NCBI GenBank assembly: GCA_963771465.1
Contig: CAVYTU010000017.1
Span: 800,001-864,000, forward strand
Source: an uncultured delta proteobacterium
GTDB taxonomy: Bacteria > Desulfobacterota > Binatia > UBA9968
DNA: 64,000 nucleotides
Reading direction: 5' to 3'
The notes beneath the pieces are model-generated. The model searched no databases. It was not told the DNA's origin and saw nothing but the letters and a program-made list of their open reading frames with translations. A program made the translations under genes and the position numbers. Positions 1 through 9,587 of this stretch are shown piece after piece; position 1 is the first letter of the stretch; the number at the start of each line of letters is the position of its first letter.

Positions 1-553
1 ACTCGTAGGCCGACCGAGTCTCGAAGAGGGCCGAGAGGACATCGTAGGGGAGGTAGCGCGTCTGGATACGTCATCTCGGCAAATCTATTTACGGGCGACC
101 GAGAGTCGCACCCGGGTGGTCGGTTATAGCGCCAACGCCCAAGTAGTCTATCGCGGCCGCGATTATGCAGTCAGCCAATTAGAGCCTGGCGACCTGGTTG
201 CCATGCAAGTAAATCAGGACTCTCGCGGCAACTACCATACGGATCTGATCCGCGTCCAAGAAAGCAGCCGAGATCGTAATCAGAGTCGGCGCGGTGATGC
301 CAGTCCAGACTCCAGGATGCTAACGCTCGATGGGCGGGTGGAGCAGCTGGACTTTCAGCGCAGATCCTTCGAAATACGCGATCAGTCCAGAGAGCGGGTC
401 ATCGTTTCTCTTGCGTCCAACGCTGAGAGATCGGATGTGGATCGTTTCCGGAACCTTCGGGATGGCGATTACGTTCGAGTCGAAGGCAGATTTCTCGATC
501 GGCAACGATTTGAGCTGGCTACTTTCCTGCGTGACAATCGCGATAACCGATAA
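1..553 (+). CDS. 5'-truncated DUF5666-like tandem OB-fold protein
   Basis: Frame is open from base 2 (LVGRPSLEEGREDIVGEVARLD...). Two repeats of the G-x-V...L-x-x-G-D-x-V pattern. Paralogous to 7556..7951. Confidence 0.7.
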   Translation, partial: LVGRPSLEEGREDIVGEVARLDTSSRQIYLRATESRTRVVGYSANAQVVYRGRDYAVSQLEPGDLVAMQVNQDSRGNYHTDLIRVQESSRDRNQSRRGDASPDSRMLTLDGRVEQLDFQRRSFEIRDQSRERVIVSLASNAERSDVDRFRNLRDGDYVRVEGRFLDRQRFELATFLRDNRDNR

Positions 554-625
554 CGGAGCAATGCAATAGAGCGAAAAAGTGGGTCGGAATTATTACGTTT
601 CAAAAACAAGCGGTGGAGGTGATTC

Positions 626-937
626 ATGTTACGGACATTCAAAAGACTGACGGTGACGCTGGCGGTTTTGTTCCTCTTAAACGGCTGCCAAGCAATGACG
701 GGCGAAACCGCGGGACAGAACCTCGATGATGGAGTTCTGACGACCTCCGTCAAGAGCCACCTCGCATCAGACAAACTTGTCACCCTGACTCGTGTAGGCG
801 TCGAGACCGACAACAGCATTGTGCACCTTACTGGCGAGGTTGAGACTACCGAACAGAAGGCGCGCATTGGATCGCTTGCCTCTGAGGTCAAAGGCGTCAA
901 ACGGGTCGTCAACAACCTGCAAGTCATCAAGCGTTAG
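626..937 (+). CDS. BON-domain lipoprotein
   Basis: Lipobox LLNGC; DDGVLTTSVKSHL...VHLTGEV...VKGVKRVVNNL; RBS GGAGG. Confidence 0.9.
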   Translation: MLRTFKRLTVTLAVLFLLNGCQAMTGETAGQNLDDGVLTTSVKSHLASDKLVTLTRVGVETDNSIVHLTGEVETTEQKARIGSLASEVKGVKRVVNNLQVIKR

Positions 938-982
938 GGCTGACTGTGCCAACCCGAGAGGATTCAATTAAAGGAGAAACCT

Positions 983-1285
983 ATGACAACCAATGGCGAA
1001 TCCAAATCTTCAAACTTACTTATCGGCCTGGCGCTGGGAGCGATCGGCGGCCTAGTGGCCGCGATGCTCGCTCATAGAGAGACCCGCGAGGCATTGCGTG
1101 AACGCAGCGCTAAAAGCTTGGACTACCTGAATCAGCAGGCCGGCAAGCTGCGCGAGGGTGCCGACGTAATCGTGCAGCAGGGAAAGAAGCTCATAGCGGG
1201 CAACGGCGCGGACATCGTCGATCGGTCTACGGAAGCTAGTAAGCAAGCGTATCAAGAAACCAAGCGAGAAAATTTGGGCGGCTAA
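983..1285 (+). CDS. YtxH-like general stress protein
   Basis: N-terminal GLALGAIGGLVAAMLA followed by a helical tail; RBS AAGGAG. Confidence 0.75.
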   Translation: MTTNGESKSSNLLIGLALGAIGGLVAAMLAHRETREALRERSAKSLDYLNQQAGKLREGADVIVQQGKKLIAGNGADIVDRSTEASKQAYQETKRENLGG

Positions 1286-1324
1286 GCTATCCGCCGGCTT
1301 TTCGAGAAGAATGGGAATGGAAAA

Positions 1325-1498
1325 ATGCTTTGGGTCATCTTTGCGATCCTGTTGGGTGTGGGCGTAGCGGGCTTTCTCACATCCTCCACGCTCGCTGGCG
1401 GGGTTTTCCAATTGTTATTGATTAGCGCTCTGGTGGCGCTCGGGATCAATCGCATTCGTGCGGTATCGAGTCGTATTCGGCGCTATCAGGTGGATTAG
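1325..1498 (+). CDS. Small membrane protein, lmo0937/DUF5670-like (57 aa)
   Basis: Translated by hand: MLWVIFAILLGVGVAGFLTSSTLAGGVFQLLLISALVALGINRIR...; below the ORF-track cutoff. Confidence 0.65.
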   Translation: MLWVIFAILLGVGVAGFLTSSTLAGGVFQLLLISALVALGINRIRAVSSRIRRYQVD

Positions 1499-1531
1499 AC
1501 ATTTCGACTTAAAAACGAAGGAACAAATACG

Positions 1532-1757
1532 ATGCGTATGAATCCGATAACGCTGGTTGGGATCGTTCTGATCGTACTCGGAATAGTGGCGTTTGCTTAC
1601 CAGGGCATCACTTACACAAGCCGCGAGACGGTGATCGATATTGGCCCGATCAAGGCCACCGCCGACACCCAGAAAACCATCCCGCTCCCGCCGCATCTTG
1701 GGCGGATTGATGTTTGTCGGTGGGATCGCTTTGGTCGTGGTCGGAAACCGGAAATAG
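1532..1757 (+). CDS. DUF3185-like small membrane protein (frameshift near 1693)
   Basis: VGIVLIVLGIVAFAYQGITYTSRETVIDIGPI...TIPLPP continues in another frame as ILGGLMFVGGIALVVVGNRK*. Confidence 0.75.
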
Positions 1758-1955
1758 TCTTAGTGCCGGAGGGTCGCCTGCAATGGACAAGCTCGTAGCC
1801 GAAGCGACGTGGATCGATTTACAGAAGATTGGCTCGAGGGAATTGACCTAGTGAGCTTGCTTTCGATGCTGGCGATCGTGTTCGTCGCGACTTGTTGGGT
1901 CTATTTATGATCTGGGCGACGAATCTGATCGTAGGCTTCTCAGGTGGGAGGAATC

Positions 1956-3176
1956 ATGAACCACGGAACCATGGCTGGAAAGTTTCGTCAAATCGCGTTC
2001 CTCGGCAATCACTTACCGCGCCAGTGCGGCATCGCTACGTTCACCACCGATCTCAGCGGAGCGATCGCTGCGGAGTTTCCGACTGCCGATTGCTTAGTGG
2101 TTGCGATGAACGATGCCGGCAAACAGTATGCGTATCCACCGCGGGTGCGCTTCGAAGTCCCAGAGAATGATCTCGCGTCGTACCGCGTCGCAGCCGATTT
2201 TTTGAACGCTAAAAAGATCGATGTCGTATCCGTGCAGCACGAGTACGGCATCTTTGGCGGCAAGGCGGGTAGTTACCTGCTCACGCTCCTACGTAAACTG
2301 CGCATGCCGATCGTGACCACCCTTCACACCGTCCTCGGCAGGCCAGATTCCCAGCAGCGTCGAGCGATGAATGAGATCGCCCAACTTTCGCGCCGGCTCG
2401 TCGTCATGAGCGCCCACGGCGCCGCTCTGCTCCATCATGTTCACGGCGTGCCCGAGCATAAAATCGATATCATCCCCCACGGAATTCCGAGTGTGCCGGT
2501 CGACGGCCGGAGCAAGCATGAACTCGGGATCGAAGGCAAGTCGGTAATTCTTACATTCGGACTGTTATCGCCGGACAAAGGCATCGAACATGTCATCGAC
2601 GCGCTGCCGGCGATTCTTGAACGTGCCCCGGACACGGTTTACGTCGTGCTCGGTGCAACCCATCCACATATCAAAGAGCGTGACGGCGAGAGCTACCGTG
2701 AAAGCCTCGAGCTACGGGCGCAAAGACTCGGCATAGAATCTAGCGTAATCTTCCACAATCGTTTCGTGAGCCGCGGCGAACTCGTCAAGTTTCTCTCCGC
2801 CGCAGATATCTATGTAACGCCGTACCTCAACCCGGAGCAAAGCACGTCCGGGACGCTAGCCTATGCGGTGGGCTCCGGCAAAGCCGTTATCTCCACGCCT
2901 TATCTTTATGCGCGCGAACTCCTCGCTGACGGGCGCGGCATACTCGTGCCGTGGAGAGACTCGCAGACCATCGCATGCGCGGTGGTGGATCTCCTAAGTG
3001 ACGATGCAAAACGATTGGCTCTCTGCGCCCGTGCGGCCGCGCACGGCCGCGGTATGGTCTGGCCCGCGGTGGCGCGCCGCTACCTGCGGAGCTTCGACCG
3101 GGCATGTAGTCGAGATCAATCAGTGGTTCGGATTAGCCAAGGACTCGACGTTCATGCTCGCCGGGTCTCGACTTAA
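1956..3176 (+). CDS. Glycosyltransferase family 4
   Basis: PRQCGIATFT, QHEYGIFGG, FGLLSPDKGIE and SGTLAYA motifs. Confidence 0.9.
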   Translation: MNHGTMAGKFRQIAFLGNHLPRQCGIATFTTDLSGAIAAEFPTADCLVVAMNDAGKQYAYPPRVRFEVPENDLASYRVAADFLNAKKIDVVSVQHEYGIFGGKAGSYLLTLLRKLRMPIVTTLHTVLGRPDSQQRRAMNEIAQLSRRLVVMSAHGAALLHHVHGVPEHKIDIIPHGIPSVPVDGRSKHELGIEGKSVILTFGLLSPDKGIEHVIDALPAILERAPDTVYVVLGATHPHIKERDGESYRESLELRAQRLGIESSVIFHNRFVSRGELVKFLSAADIYVTPYLNPEQSTSGTLAYAVGSGKAVISTPYLYARELLADGRGILVPWRDSQTIACAVVDLLSDDAKRLALCARAAAHGRGMVWPAVARRYLRSFDRACSRDQSVVRISQGLDVHARRVST

Positions 3177-3218
3177 AAAACCTCGCGCGGCGCGAAAATT
3201 CAAAAGGAGGTTCACTCC

Positions 3219-3872
3219 ATGAACAAACTCTCGATTTACCAAACTGCTCATACAAAATATCCGTATACTCTGCCGCCGCTCGCCTATGCGTATGATGCGC
3301 TCGAGCCGCATATCGACGCACAAACGATGCATTTGCACCATGACAAGCATCATCAGGCTTATATCGATCATGCCAACGACGCGGTCGGCAAATATCCCGA
3401 GCTGCAGAAAACCGACCTAGTCACTCTATTGGCTCATCTTGATGAGTTGCCCGATGAGATCAGGACGCCACTGCAAGGCAACGGCGGCGGTCACCTAAAT
3501 CACGCGTTATTCTGGGAATACATGACGCCAAGGGGCGGCGGTGAGCCCCAGGGCAAGCTGGCACAAGCGATTACAAAGACGTTTGGCGGATTCGCTCAAT
3601 TTAAAGAAGAGTTTGATGCTGCTGCCAAAAATCGCTCGGGGAGCGGATGGGCGTGGCTATCTGTGGCATCTACGGGTGACTTGGAGACAAGCTCAACGGC
3701 GAACCAGGAAACTCCAATCTCAAACGGCCGGCTGCCAATTTTAGCTCTCGATGTTTGGGAACACGCGTATTATCTCAAGTACCACAACCAGCGACCCGAA
3801 TACATTACCCATTGGTGGCAGTTGGTGAACTGGAAGAAGGTCCAGGAACAGTTCGACCACATTACAGCTTAA
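3219..3872 (+). CDS. sodA: Superoxide dismutase, probably Mn-type
   Basis: HHDKHH, GGGHLNH, NQE and DVWEHAYY motifs; the GGGH and NQ residues are typical of Mn enzymes. Confidence 0.92.
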   Translation: MNKLSIYQTAHTKYPYTLPPLAYAYDALEPHIDAQTMHLHHDKHHQAYIDHANDAVGKYPELQKTDLVTLLAHLDELPDEIRTPLQGNGGGHLNHALFWEYMTPRGGGEPQGKLAQAITKTFGGFAQFKEEFDAAAKNRSGSGWAWLSVASTGDLETSSTANQETPISNGRLPILALDVWEHAYYLKYHNQRPEYITHWWQLVNWKKVQEQFDHITA

Positions 3873-4112
3873 TCGAGTCGCAAAAGGACGATCAGCGAGT
3901 GCGCTTTTGAATATGGCACTGATACCAGAGAAGCCAATGATCTCGCCCGTTTGGCGCAATTCTTTTCGCGCGCTGTATCCGAATGAAAAGTACGACGTCT
4001 AACAAGGTGTATCATATACGTAGCGACGGCATCGAGGTCTAGCCAACTGTAGGAATAATCATTATCGCGCTAAATCTCAAATTTACGTGTCGGAGCGACC
4101 ACTAGGAATAGA

Positions 4113-5236
4113 ATGAAAAATAAAATGTTTGATCGGATAGCGATGGCGCTAGTCATCGGCACGCTGGCGGTTTCGGGGATCGGCATGGCGGCCGAGAGAG
4201 AGCGAGACCCTCAGGACGATCTCGACCGAAAGCGCGATAGGAATGAAAAGCAGCAAGAACGGGAGCAAAAAAAATCAGCGCAGGACGAAAAGCAAGAGCA
4301 AAAGCGCGCTGAGCAAAAACAGAAGCAGGAAGAGCAAAAACAGAAACAAGTCCAGCAGCAGCAAGAGCGCGTGCAGCGCAAAGTAGAGCAAGAACAGAAG
4401 CAAGAGCAACATCGCGCTGAGCAAAAACAGCACCAGCTGGAGCAAAAGCAGAAACAAGACCAGCAGCAGCGTGAACGCGCGCAGCGGGAATCAGAGCAGA
4501 ACCAGAAGGAATTTCGCGCGCGCCAACAGCAGCAGCAAGAGCGGGTCGAGCGCCAATCCGAACAAATCCAGGAACAGCGGCGCGCTCAGAACAGCAGCGG
4601 CAAGACCAAGTACAGCAAGAGAGACAACGCCAGCGTTTGTCCGAGCAGCAGCAACGACAGCGGATTAACGAGCAGCGAGAACGTGTGGCGCAGTACCGAC
4701 AACATCTGGAACAGCAGGAGCGTCTCGCCCAAGAGCGCGCGGCATTGCTACAGCGCCAAAAGCGCATGGCGCAGTATCGTTTTCAAGAACAGTATCTAGA
4801 GCGAGTGCGGCAGCAGCGGAACTATCTCCGGGACGATCGGTTCGACTACGATCGCGACCCGTATTTCTATACGGCGCCGAGCTATCGGTACAATCGCGGC
4901 GGCACGTACTACGAAACAAACGAATACGGCGCCAAGACGCTACGGCAGGCGGTCAACTATGGCTATGAGGAAGGCTTCCGCGCCGGCAAGGCAGACCGGG
5001 ACGACCGTTGGGGCTCCAATTACAAAGATTCTTATGCCTATCGGGACGCGAACTACGGCTATAGTGGCTATTACGTAAATCGGACTGATTACAACCACTA
5101 CTTCCGCGAGGGCTTTCGACGCGGTTATGAAGATGGCTACAATAGCCGCTATCGATATGGTCGCGAAGCTGACGGAAACGATTCCATCTTGGAGACCATT
5201 TTGTCGCAAATCCTCAATTTCCAGAATCTTCGCTAA
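4113..5236 (+). CDS. Secreted Q/E/R-rich coiled-coil protein with Tyr/Gly/Arg-rich C-terminal domain (frameshift near 4590)
   Basis: Signal peptide; ORFs 4113..4799 and 4637..5236 join within the low-complexity tract; C-terminal GYEEGFRAG/GFRRGYEDGY repeats. Confidence 0.7.
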
Positions 5237-5261
5237 CGCGCGCTCCGTGCGTCCGTTCAAC

Positions 5262-5300
5262 CAACGCCCAGCCATTTACGAGTAAAGTGGCTGGGCGTTG
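5262..5300 (+). terminator. Stem-loop after the Q-rich gene
   Basis: CAACGCCCAGCCA...TGGCTGGGCGTTG inverted repeat. Confidence 0.6.
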
Positions 5301-5488
5301 CTCATTGAAGGCTACACGATGGCCGTATTCCCGTGATAGGCAACTGTTACCAAGGATTTAGCCGTAACTAAGTGTCCCGGCGCGCCCAGTTGCATTCACC
5401 TGAAACTTCGATATGTCGACTCGCAATGTTTGCCGGTGACCAAACGGACTGGTTAGTCGTCAAGTTTCCAATGGATAAGTTAGACCCA

Positions 5489-6745
5489 ATGAAAAACACC
5501 AAACGCTGGTTTCTGGTTTTGTTCTTACTCGCGGGCTGCGCTAATCTAACAGCGATTAATGATTTGCCGAATGTTGTTTTCGGCGAACCATCATTTTATC
5601 CCACTCTCGCTGCACATACCGATGCCTCGATCATAAGTGGCAATCGAGTCCAGCTGCTGTTCAATGGCGAGCAGATATTTCCCGCGATGCTCGAAGCGAT
5701 CCGTGGCGCGCGCAAAAGCATTACTTACCAACAATACTTTTTCGAAGACGGCGCGATTGCCCATGAGATTGCCGAAGCCTTCGCCGAGCGCTGCCGCGCC
5801 GGCGTCCAGGTAAAAATATTGCTGGACTCCCTGGGCGGCGGCAATATTCCTAAAGAGATTCCAGAGCTCTGGAAAAACGCCGGTTGTCAGATGGACTGGT
5901 TCGAGCGCATCAAGGTATTTCAGTTCATCACGCCGTGGGAGCTATTAAATTATAATCATCGAAGTCATCGCCGGATTCTCGTGGTCGATGGAAAAATTGG
6001 TTTTACCGGCGGACACGGCGTGAGCGAAGCTTGGACTGGCAATGGCCGGACTGCGGAGCGTTGGCGACAAACCGATGTCCGGGTCGAAGGGCCGATTGTC
6101 CAGCAACTGCAAGCCGCCTTCGTCGAGAGTTGGCGGCGAACGACCGGCAACGTGCTTGGCGACGACGCCTATTTTCCAGCGCTCGATTCGCAGGGAAAAG
6201 TTTATGCGCAAGTAGTCAAAAGCTCGCCGTTGGGCGGCACCTTCGGCTCATACCTGCTATTCTTGCTGTCGATTACATCGGCGCAAAAGAGCATTCATAT
6301 CGCGAACCCCTATTTTTTCCCTGATGATAGGATCGAAGCGGCGCTGATTAATGCGGCGAAAAGGGGTGTGAAGGTAGTGGTCCTCACTCCGGCAAAAAGC
6401 GACATCGCAGCGACCTCTGCGGCCAGCCGTAGCGGCTTTGGCGATTTCTTGCTGGCTGGCGTTGAAATCTACGAATATCAGCCGGCTCTCATGCACGCTA
6501 AAGCCATGGTTGTGGATGGCGTGTGGGCGACCGTAGGCAGCGCGAACCTTGATTATCGTTCCCTCGCGATCAACGAAGAAATCAATCTGGTTGTTTACGA
6601 CGCCGGGTTTGCCGGGCAGCTCGAGCAATCTTTTCAGGACGATCTGAAGCATTCTAAAAAACTAACTTACGAAGCTTGGACTTCGCGTTCCTTTATGGAC
6701 AAACTTTTCGAACTGTTCACTATCCCGATAAAAGAACAGTTGTGA
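5489..6745 (+). CDS. cls: Cardiolipin synthase-like phospholipase D with lipobox
   Basis: Two HKD-type motifs (HRRILVVD, HAKAMVVD); N-terminal LLAGC. Confidence 0.85.
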   Translation: MKNTKRWFLVLFLLAGCANLTAINDLPNVVFGEPSFYPTLAAHTDASIISGNRVQLLFNGEQIFPAMLEAIRGARKSITYQQYFFEDGAIAHEIAEAFAERCRAGVQVKILLDSLGGGNIPKEIPELWKNAGCQMDWFERIKVFQFITPWELLNYNHRSHRRILVVDGKIGFTGGHGVSEAWTGNGRTAERWRQTDVRVEGPIVQQLQAAFVESWRRTTGNVLGDDAYFPALDSQGKVYAQVVKSSPLGGTFGSYLLFLLSITSAQKSIHIANPYFFPDDRIEAALINAAKRGVKVVVLTPAKSDIAATSAASRSGFGDFLLAGVEIYEYQPALMHAKAMVVDGVWATVGSANLDYRSLAINEEINLVVYDAGFAGQLEQSFQDDLKHSKKLTYEAWTSRSFMDKLFELFTIPIKEQL

Positions 6746-6880
6746 GCCGCACCCCTTTTATTTACCATCTTTTCGGTATGGGATTCCGCGTGTACCGATA
6801 AATCGAACTTTCCCCAGCACTTTTCATAATGCTCTTCCTACCGTATTGAGTCAGTCGTTATTGTTTGGGCCTCCGGTCAA

Positions 6881-7006
6881 TCGACCTTTTGGTCGAGGGT
6901 ATCGACCGTTTCGCCGCGCCGTCTCGTAGTTGTCTTCGACCACTCTGAATAATCCCTAGCGATATTGGCTGTCTCCCTGATCCCGATCGCCGGCACGTAA
7001 GCTGCT
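6881..7006 (+). promoter_or_regulatory. Tandem-palindrome enhancer (6881-6917) plus sigma-54 promoter (GG 6992, GC 7004)
   Basis: TCGACCttttGGTCGA-gggta-TCGACCgtttCGCCGC; CGGCACgtaagCTGCT 111 bp downstream. Confidence 0.75.
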
Positions 7007-7049
7007 CTCCTAGTCATTGGGAACAAAAATAGAAAGAAGGTACCTGACT

Positions 7050-7199
7050 ATGAGCCTGCTGTTGTTGATCGTATTAGTTTTATTGCTGGTCGGCGGTTTG
7101 CCTAACTGGGGTTATCACTCGTACGGCTTTGCGCCCTCGGGTGTCGCCGGAACGGTGCTGCTAGTCGTGGTCATTTTGCTTTTGACCGGCCGGCTTTAA
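7050..7199 (+). CDS. DUF3309 small membrane protein
   Basis: LLLIVLVLLLVGGLPNWGYHSYGFAPSG...LLLTGRL. Confidence 0.85.
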   Translation: MSLLLLIVLVLLLVGGLPNWGYHSYGFAPSGVAGTVLLVVVILLLTGRL

Positions 7200-7320
7200 A
7201 GGGATCGAAAACATGGTCGTGCGGATCAGGGTATTACGGCGCAGGGTTCCTGAGGTTACTTGAAATTCTTCAAGTTAGCCTGACTCAACCCTGCTAATCA
7301 GTACAACCGAGGAGGTTGCG

Positions 7321-7548
7321 ATGAAAAAGTTAATGTTGGTGTTAGTGCTCTTGATCGGTGTCAGTCAAAGCGGTTGCGCGTTTTTAGGCGGAGCGGCGCT
7401 GGGCGGTCTCGCGACCGGAGCAGGCTACGAAGTCAACGCGAATAGCCAGATGGGCAAGTTGGAAAGCGATTACAAAGCCGAGAGAATCTCGCGCAGTGAA
7501 TACCTAGCCCGTAAATCGCAGATCGAAAAAGGCTCGATCATCTACTAG
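7321..7548 (+). CDS. Small lipoprotein
   Basis: Lipobox-like SQSGC; RBS GGAGG. Confidence 0.7.
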   Translation: MKKLMLVLVLLIGVSQSGCAFLGGAALGGLATGAGYEVNANSQMGKLESDYKAERISRSEYLARKSQIEKGSIIY

Positions 7549-7555
7549 AGCGATT

Positions 7556-7951
7556 ATGAAACAAAGCAATCGAGCGGTAATGGTGTTCGCTCTGGGCTTG
7601 GTCTTGGTGGCGAGCGTGGGTTGTAGCGACCACAACGTTTCCCTGGTCGGCAGAGATACGCTTCCCGCCCGGGCCAGTAAAACGGTCCGTAACGAGATGG
7701 TGGGAACGGTGGCGCGGGTCGATGCCGGATCCAATGAGATTCATCTTCGAGCCAGTCCTGGTCATCCGGGAATGGTGACTTATAGCACGGAGACCCGGGT
7801 GACGTATCTTGGCCGGGCCTATCCGGTCAGCCAATTGCGATTAGGCGACGTCGTGGCGATGCAACTGGATCAAGACGCTCGTGGCAATCCTCATACGCAC
7901 GCGATCCGCCTTGAAAAGAGCACCGGTGATTGGGCTCTGCGTAACAATTAG
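7556..7951 (+). CDS. Single OB-fold (DUF5666-like) lipoprotein
   Basis: Lipobox SVGC; similar to the first domain of 1..553. Confidence 0.7.
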   Translation: MKQSNRAVMVFALGLVLVASVGCSDHNVSLVGRDTLPARASKTVRNEMVGTVARVDAGSNEIHLRASPGHPGMVTYSTETRVTYLGRAYPVSQLRLGDVVAMQLDQDARGNPHTHAIRLEKSTGDWALRNN

Positions 7952-7966
7952 CAAAGAACGTAGCCG

Positions 7967-8647
7967 ATGATTCAAGAAACTCCCGAAGCCGAACGGTTCA
8001 AACAGCAAATGCGCGATTCGTTGCAGCATGAGACGGTGAAATCTCGTGTTACGACGATCCCGCGGCACGCGAATATTTACACCTGTGGCGATCAAGACGA
8101 GATGGTCTATTTCATTGAGAGCGGCCAGATCAAACTGCTGCTACTCTCGCCCGCAGGTAAAGAGTGTCTCTTGGCCATCCATAGCGGCGGCGATATTTTT
8201 GGCGAGCTCTGTTTGTCCGGGCTCGGGGCGCGTCAGGAAACCGCGACTGCGATGAAAGCGACGAAAGTAAAACAAATACCCTGTGCTCAGTTCTTTGCGC
8301 GTCTGCAAAAGGACTCGTTGTTCGAAGGCTTCGTCCGCTACTTAGCTGTGCGGATTGCCGACCAACAGCAGGTTATCGCCAATTTGGTGACGGTGGACAG
8401 CGAGCAGAGGTTGGGCAAGACGTTGTTACAGTTGGCTCGAACCCTCGGCAAAAAAGACCCGCGCAGCATTCGCATCGAACTGAAGATTACCCATGAGGAA
8501 CTGTCCGGAATGGTCGGCACGACGCGGCCAAGGATCAGCTTGTTCATGCAGAGATTTCGCAACTTGGGATTGATCGAAACCAATAGCGATCATTTTCTCA
8601 TCATCAAGGAACACAAGCTGACCGATTACCTCGCGCAGATTGCCTAG
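7967..8647 (+). CDS. Crp/Fnr family transcriptional regulator
   Basis: cNMP-binding GDIFGELC; HTH ITHEELSGMVGTTRPRIS. Confidence 0.92.
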   Translation: MIQETPEAERFKQQMRDSLQHETVKSRVTTIPRHANIYTCGDQDEMVYFIESGQIKLLLLSPAGKECLLAIHSGGDIFGELCLSGLGARQETATAMKATKVKQIPCAQFFARLQKDSLFEGFVRYLAVRIADQQQVIANLVTVDSEQRLGKTLLQLARTLGKKDPRSIRIELKITHEELSGMVGTTRPRISLFMQRFRNLGLIETNSDHFLIIKEHKLTDYLAQIA

Positions 8648-8707
8648 ATTGACTGTGCATTCCGCGTGATGAGTCTTATACTGAATTCTGGTCATTCGAG
8701 TTTCACC

Positions 8708-8753
8708 CTGAACAAGTCCGGACACCCCGAACAAGTCCGAACACTTCGAACAG
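8708..8753 (+). repeat. Phased direct repeats of (C/T)CGAACA-like heptamer, five copies
   Basis: ctgaaca, ccggaca, ccgaaca, ccgaaca, tcgaaca at 9-10 bp spacing. Confidence 0.5.
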
Positions 8754-9075
8754 CAACACCTTCGCGCTGCCGGTGGAGATGACGATCATCATTCAAGTGA
8801 ATTTCTTTGCGGAACCAGACGATCAGTGGATTTATCCCGTCTTGTGCGTCACTGCCCTGCGATCGAGCAGCCCAGGTCAGTCCCAGACCACGTCGGCGTG
8901 TGTCCGCGGCACCCATAGTGCATTGTCGTCTCGCCGTATCAGTGAACTTCCCATAGTGCCTCAAGCGCTGCCATTTAAGCCAAACCAATCGGTGCTGACA
9001 GCCTATCCCATCGCGGGTGCAATCTGTCGAGTTCAAAGAGTGTAAATTCAAGCCTGCCGCTCGCCTGAGTCGGGG

Positions 9076-9201
9076 CAGTCTTTTTGGTCGAATGGCTCGA
9101 CGATTCGGTCGAGCTTACTCTTGATATTCATCGTCGACGCGCCGGTAATCTATCGGAAACTCCAGCTTTCGTTCGTGACAAAACGTGGCACAAATAGTGC
9201 T
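9076..9201 (+). promoter_or_regulatory. Tandem-palindrome enhancer (9076-9112) plus sigma-54 promoter (GG 9187, GC 9199)
   Basis: cagtctttttGGTCGA-atggc-TCGACGattcGGTCGA; TGGCACaaataGTGCT 111 bp downstream. Confidence 0.72.
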
Positions 9202-9257
9202 CACCATCACTGGTGTAAGAAATAAGATCAGCAAACAGCAAACTAGGAGGAAAGAAG

Positions 9258-9587
9258 ATGATTCAATCGTTAATGAACAAGTCGCCGATGCTAGTGCTGG
9301 CAGGCACGCTTATGGTTGTCGGTTGTTCGGGAGGGCCGCTCACGACCCGTGAAAAGGGCGCCGGGATCGGTGCTGTCGGTGGCGCCGTTGCGGGCGGGCT
9401 TATTGGCGCCGCAGTTGGCCATCCAGGCGCTGGGGCGGCGATAGGCGGTGGTTTGGGCTTGGGCGCGGGTGCTTTGGTCGGTGACCAATTGCAGGGCCAA
9501 GAAAATCGCAGCTCTAGCCAAGACGCACAAATCCAGCAAAACCAATATGAGATCGACCGGTTAAGACGAGAACGCGGAGAATACTAA
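9258..9587 (+). CDS. Glycine-zipper lipoprotein
   Basis: Lipobox VVGC; GAGIGAVGGAVAGGLIGAAVGHPGAGAAIGG. Confidence 0.85.
   Translation: MIQSLMNKSPMLVLAGTLMVVGCSGGPLTTREKGAGIGAVGGAVAGGLIGAAVGHPGAGAAIGGGLGLGAGALVGDQLQGQENRSSSQDAQIQQNQYEIDRLRRERGEY

Noticed and set aside
3943-4043. Degenerate enhancer-like TCGCCCgtttGGCGCA and nearby CGGCAT as a fifth regulon member
   Set aside because: There is no second palindrome and no correctly spaced GG-N10-GC.
4230-4820. CAG/GAG-rich repeats as a CRISPR array or satellite
   Set aside because: They are coding low-complexity Gln/Glu sequence with no repeat-spacer structure, and there are no cas genes in the window.
8773-9045. 90-aa ORF between Crp and enhancer 2
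   Set aside because: No RBS or recognisable motif; probably spurious.
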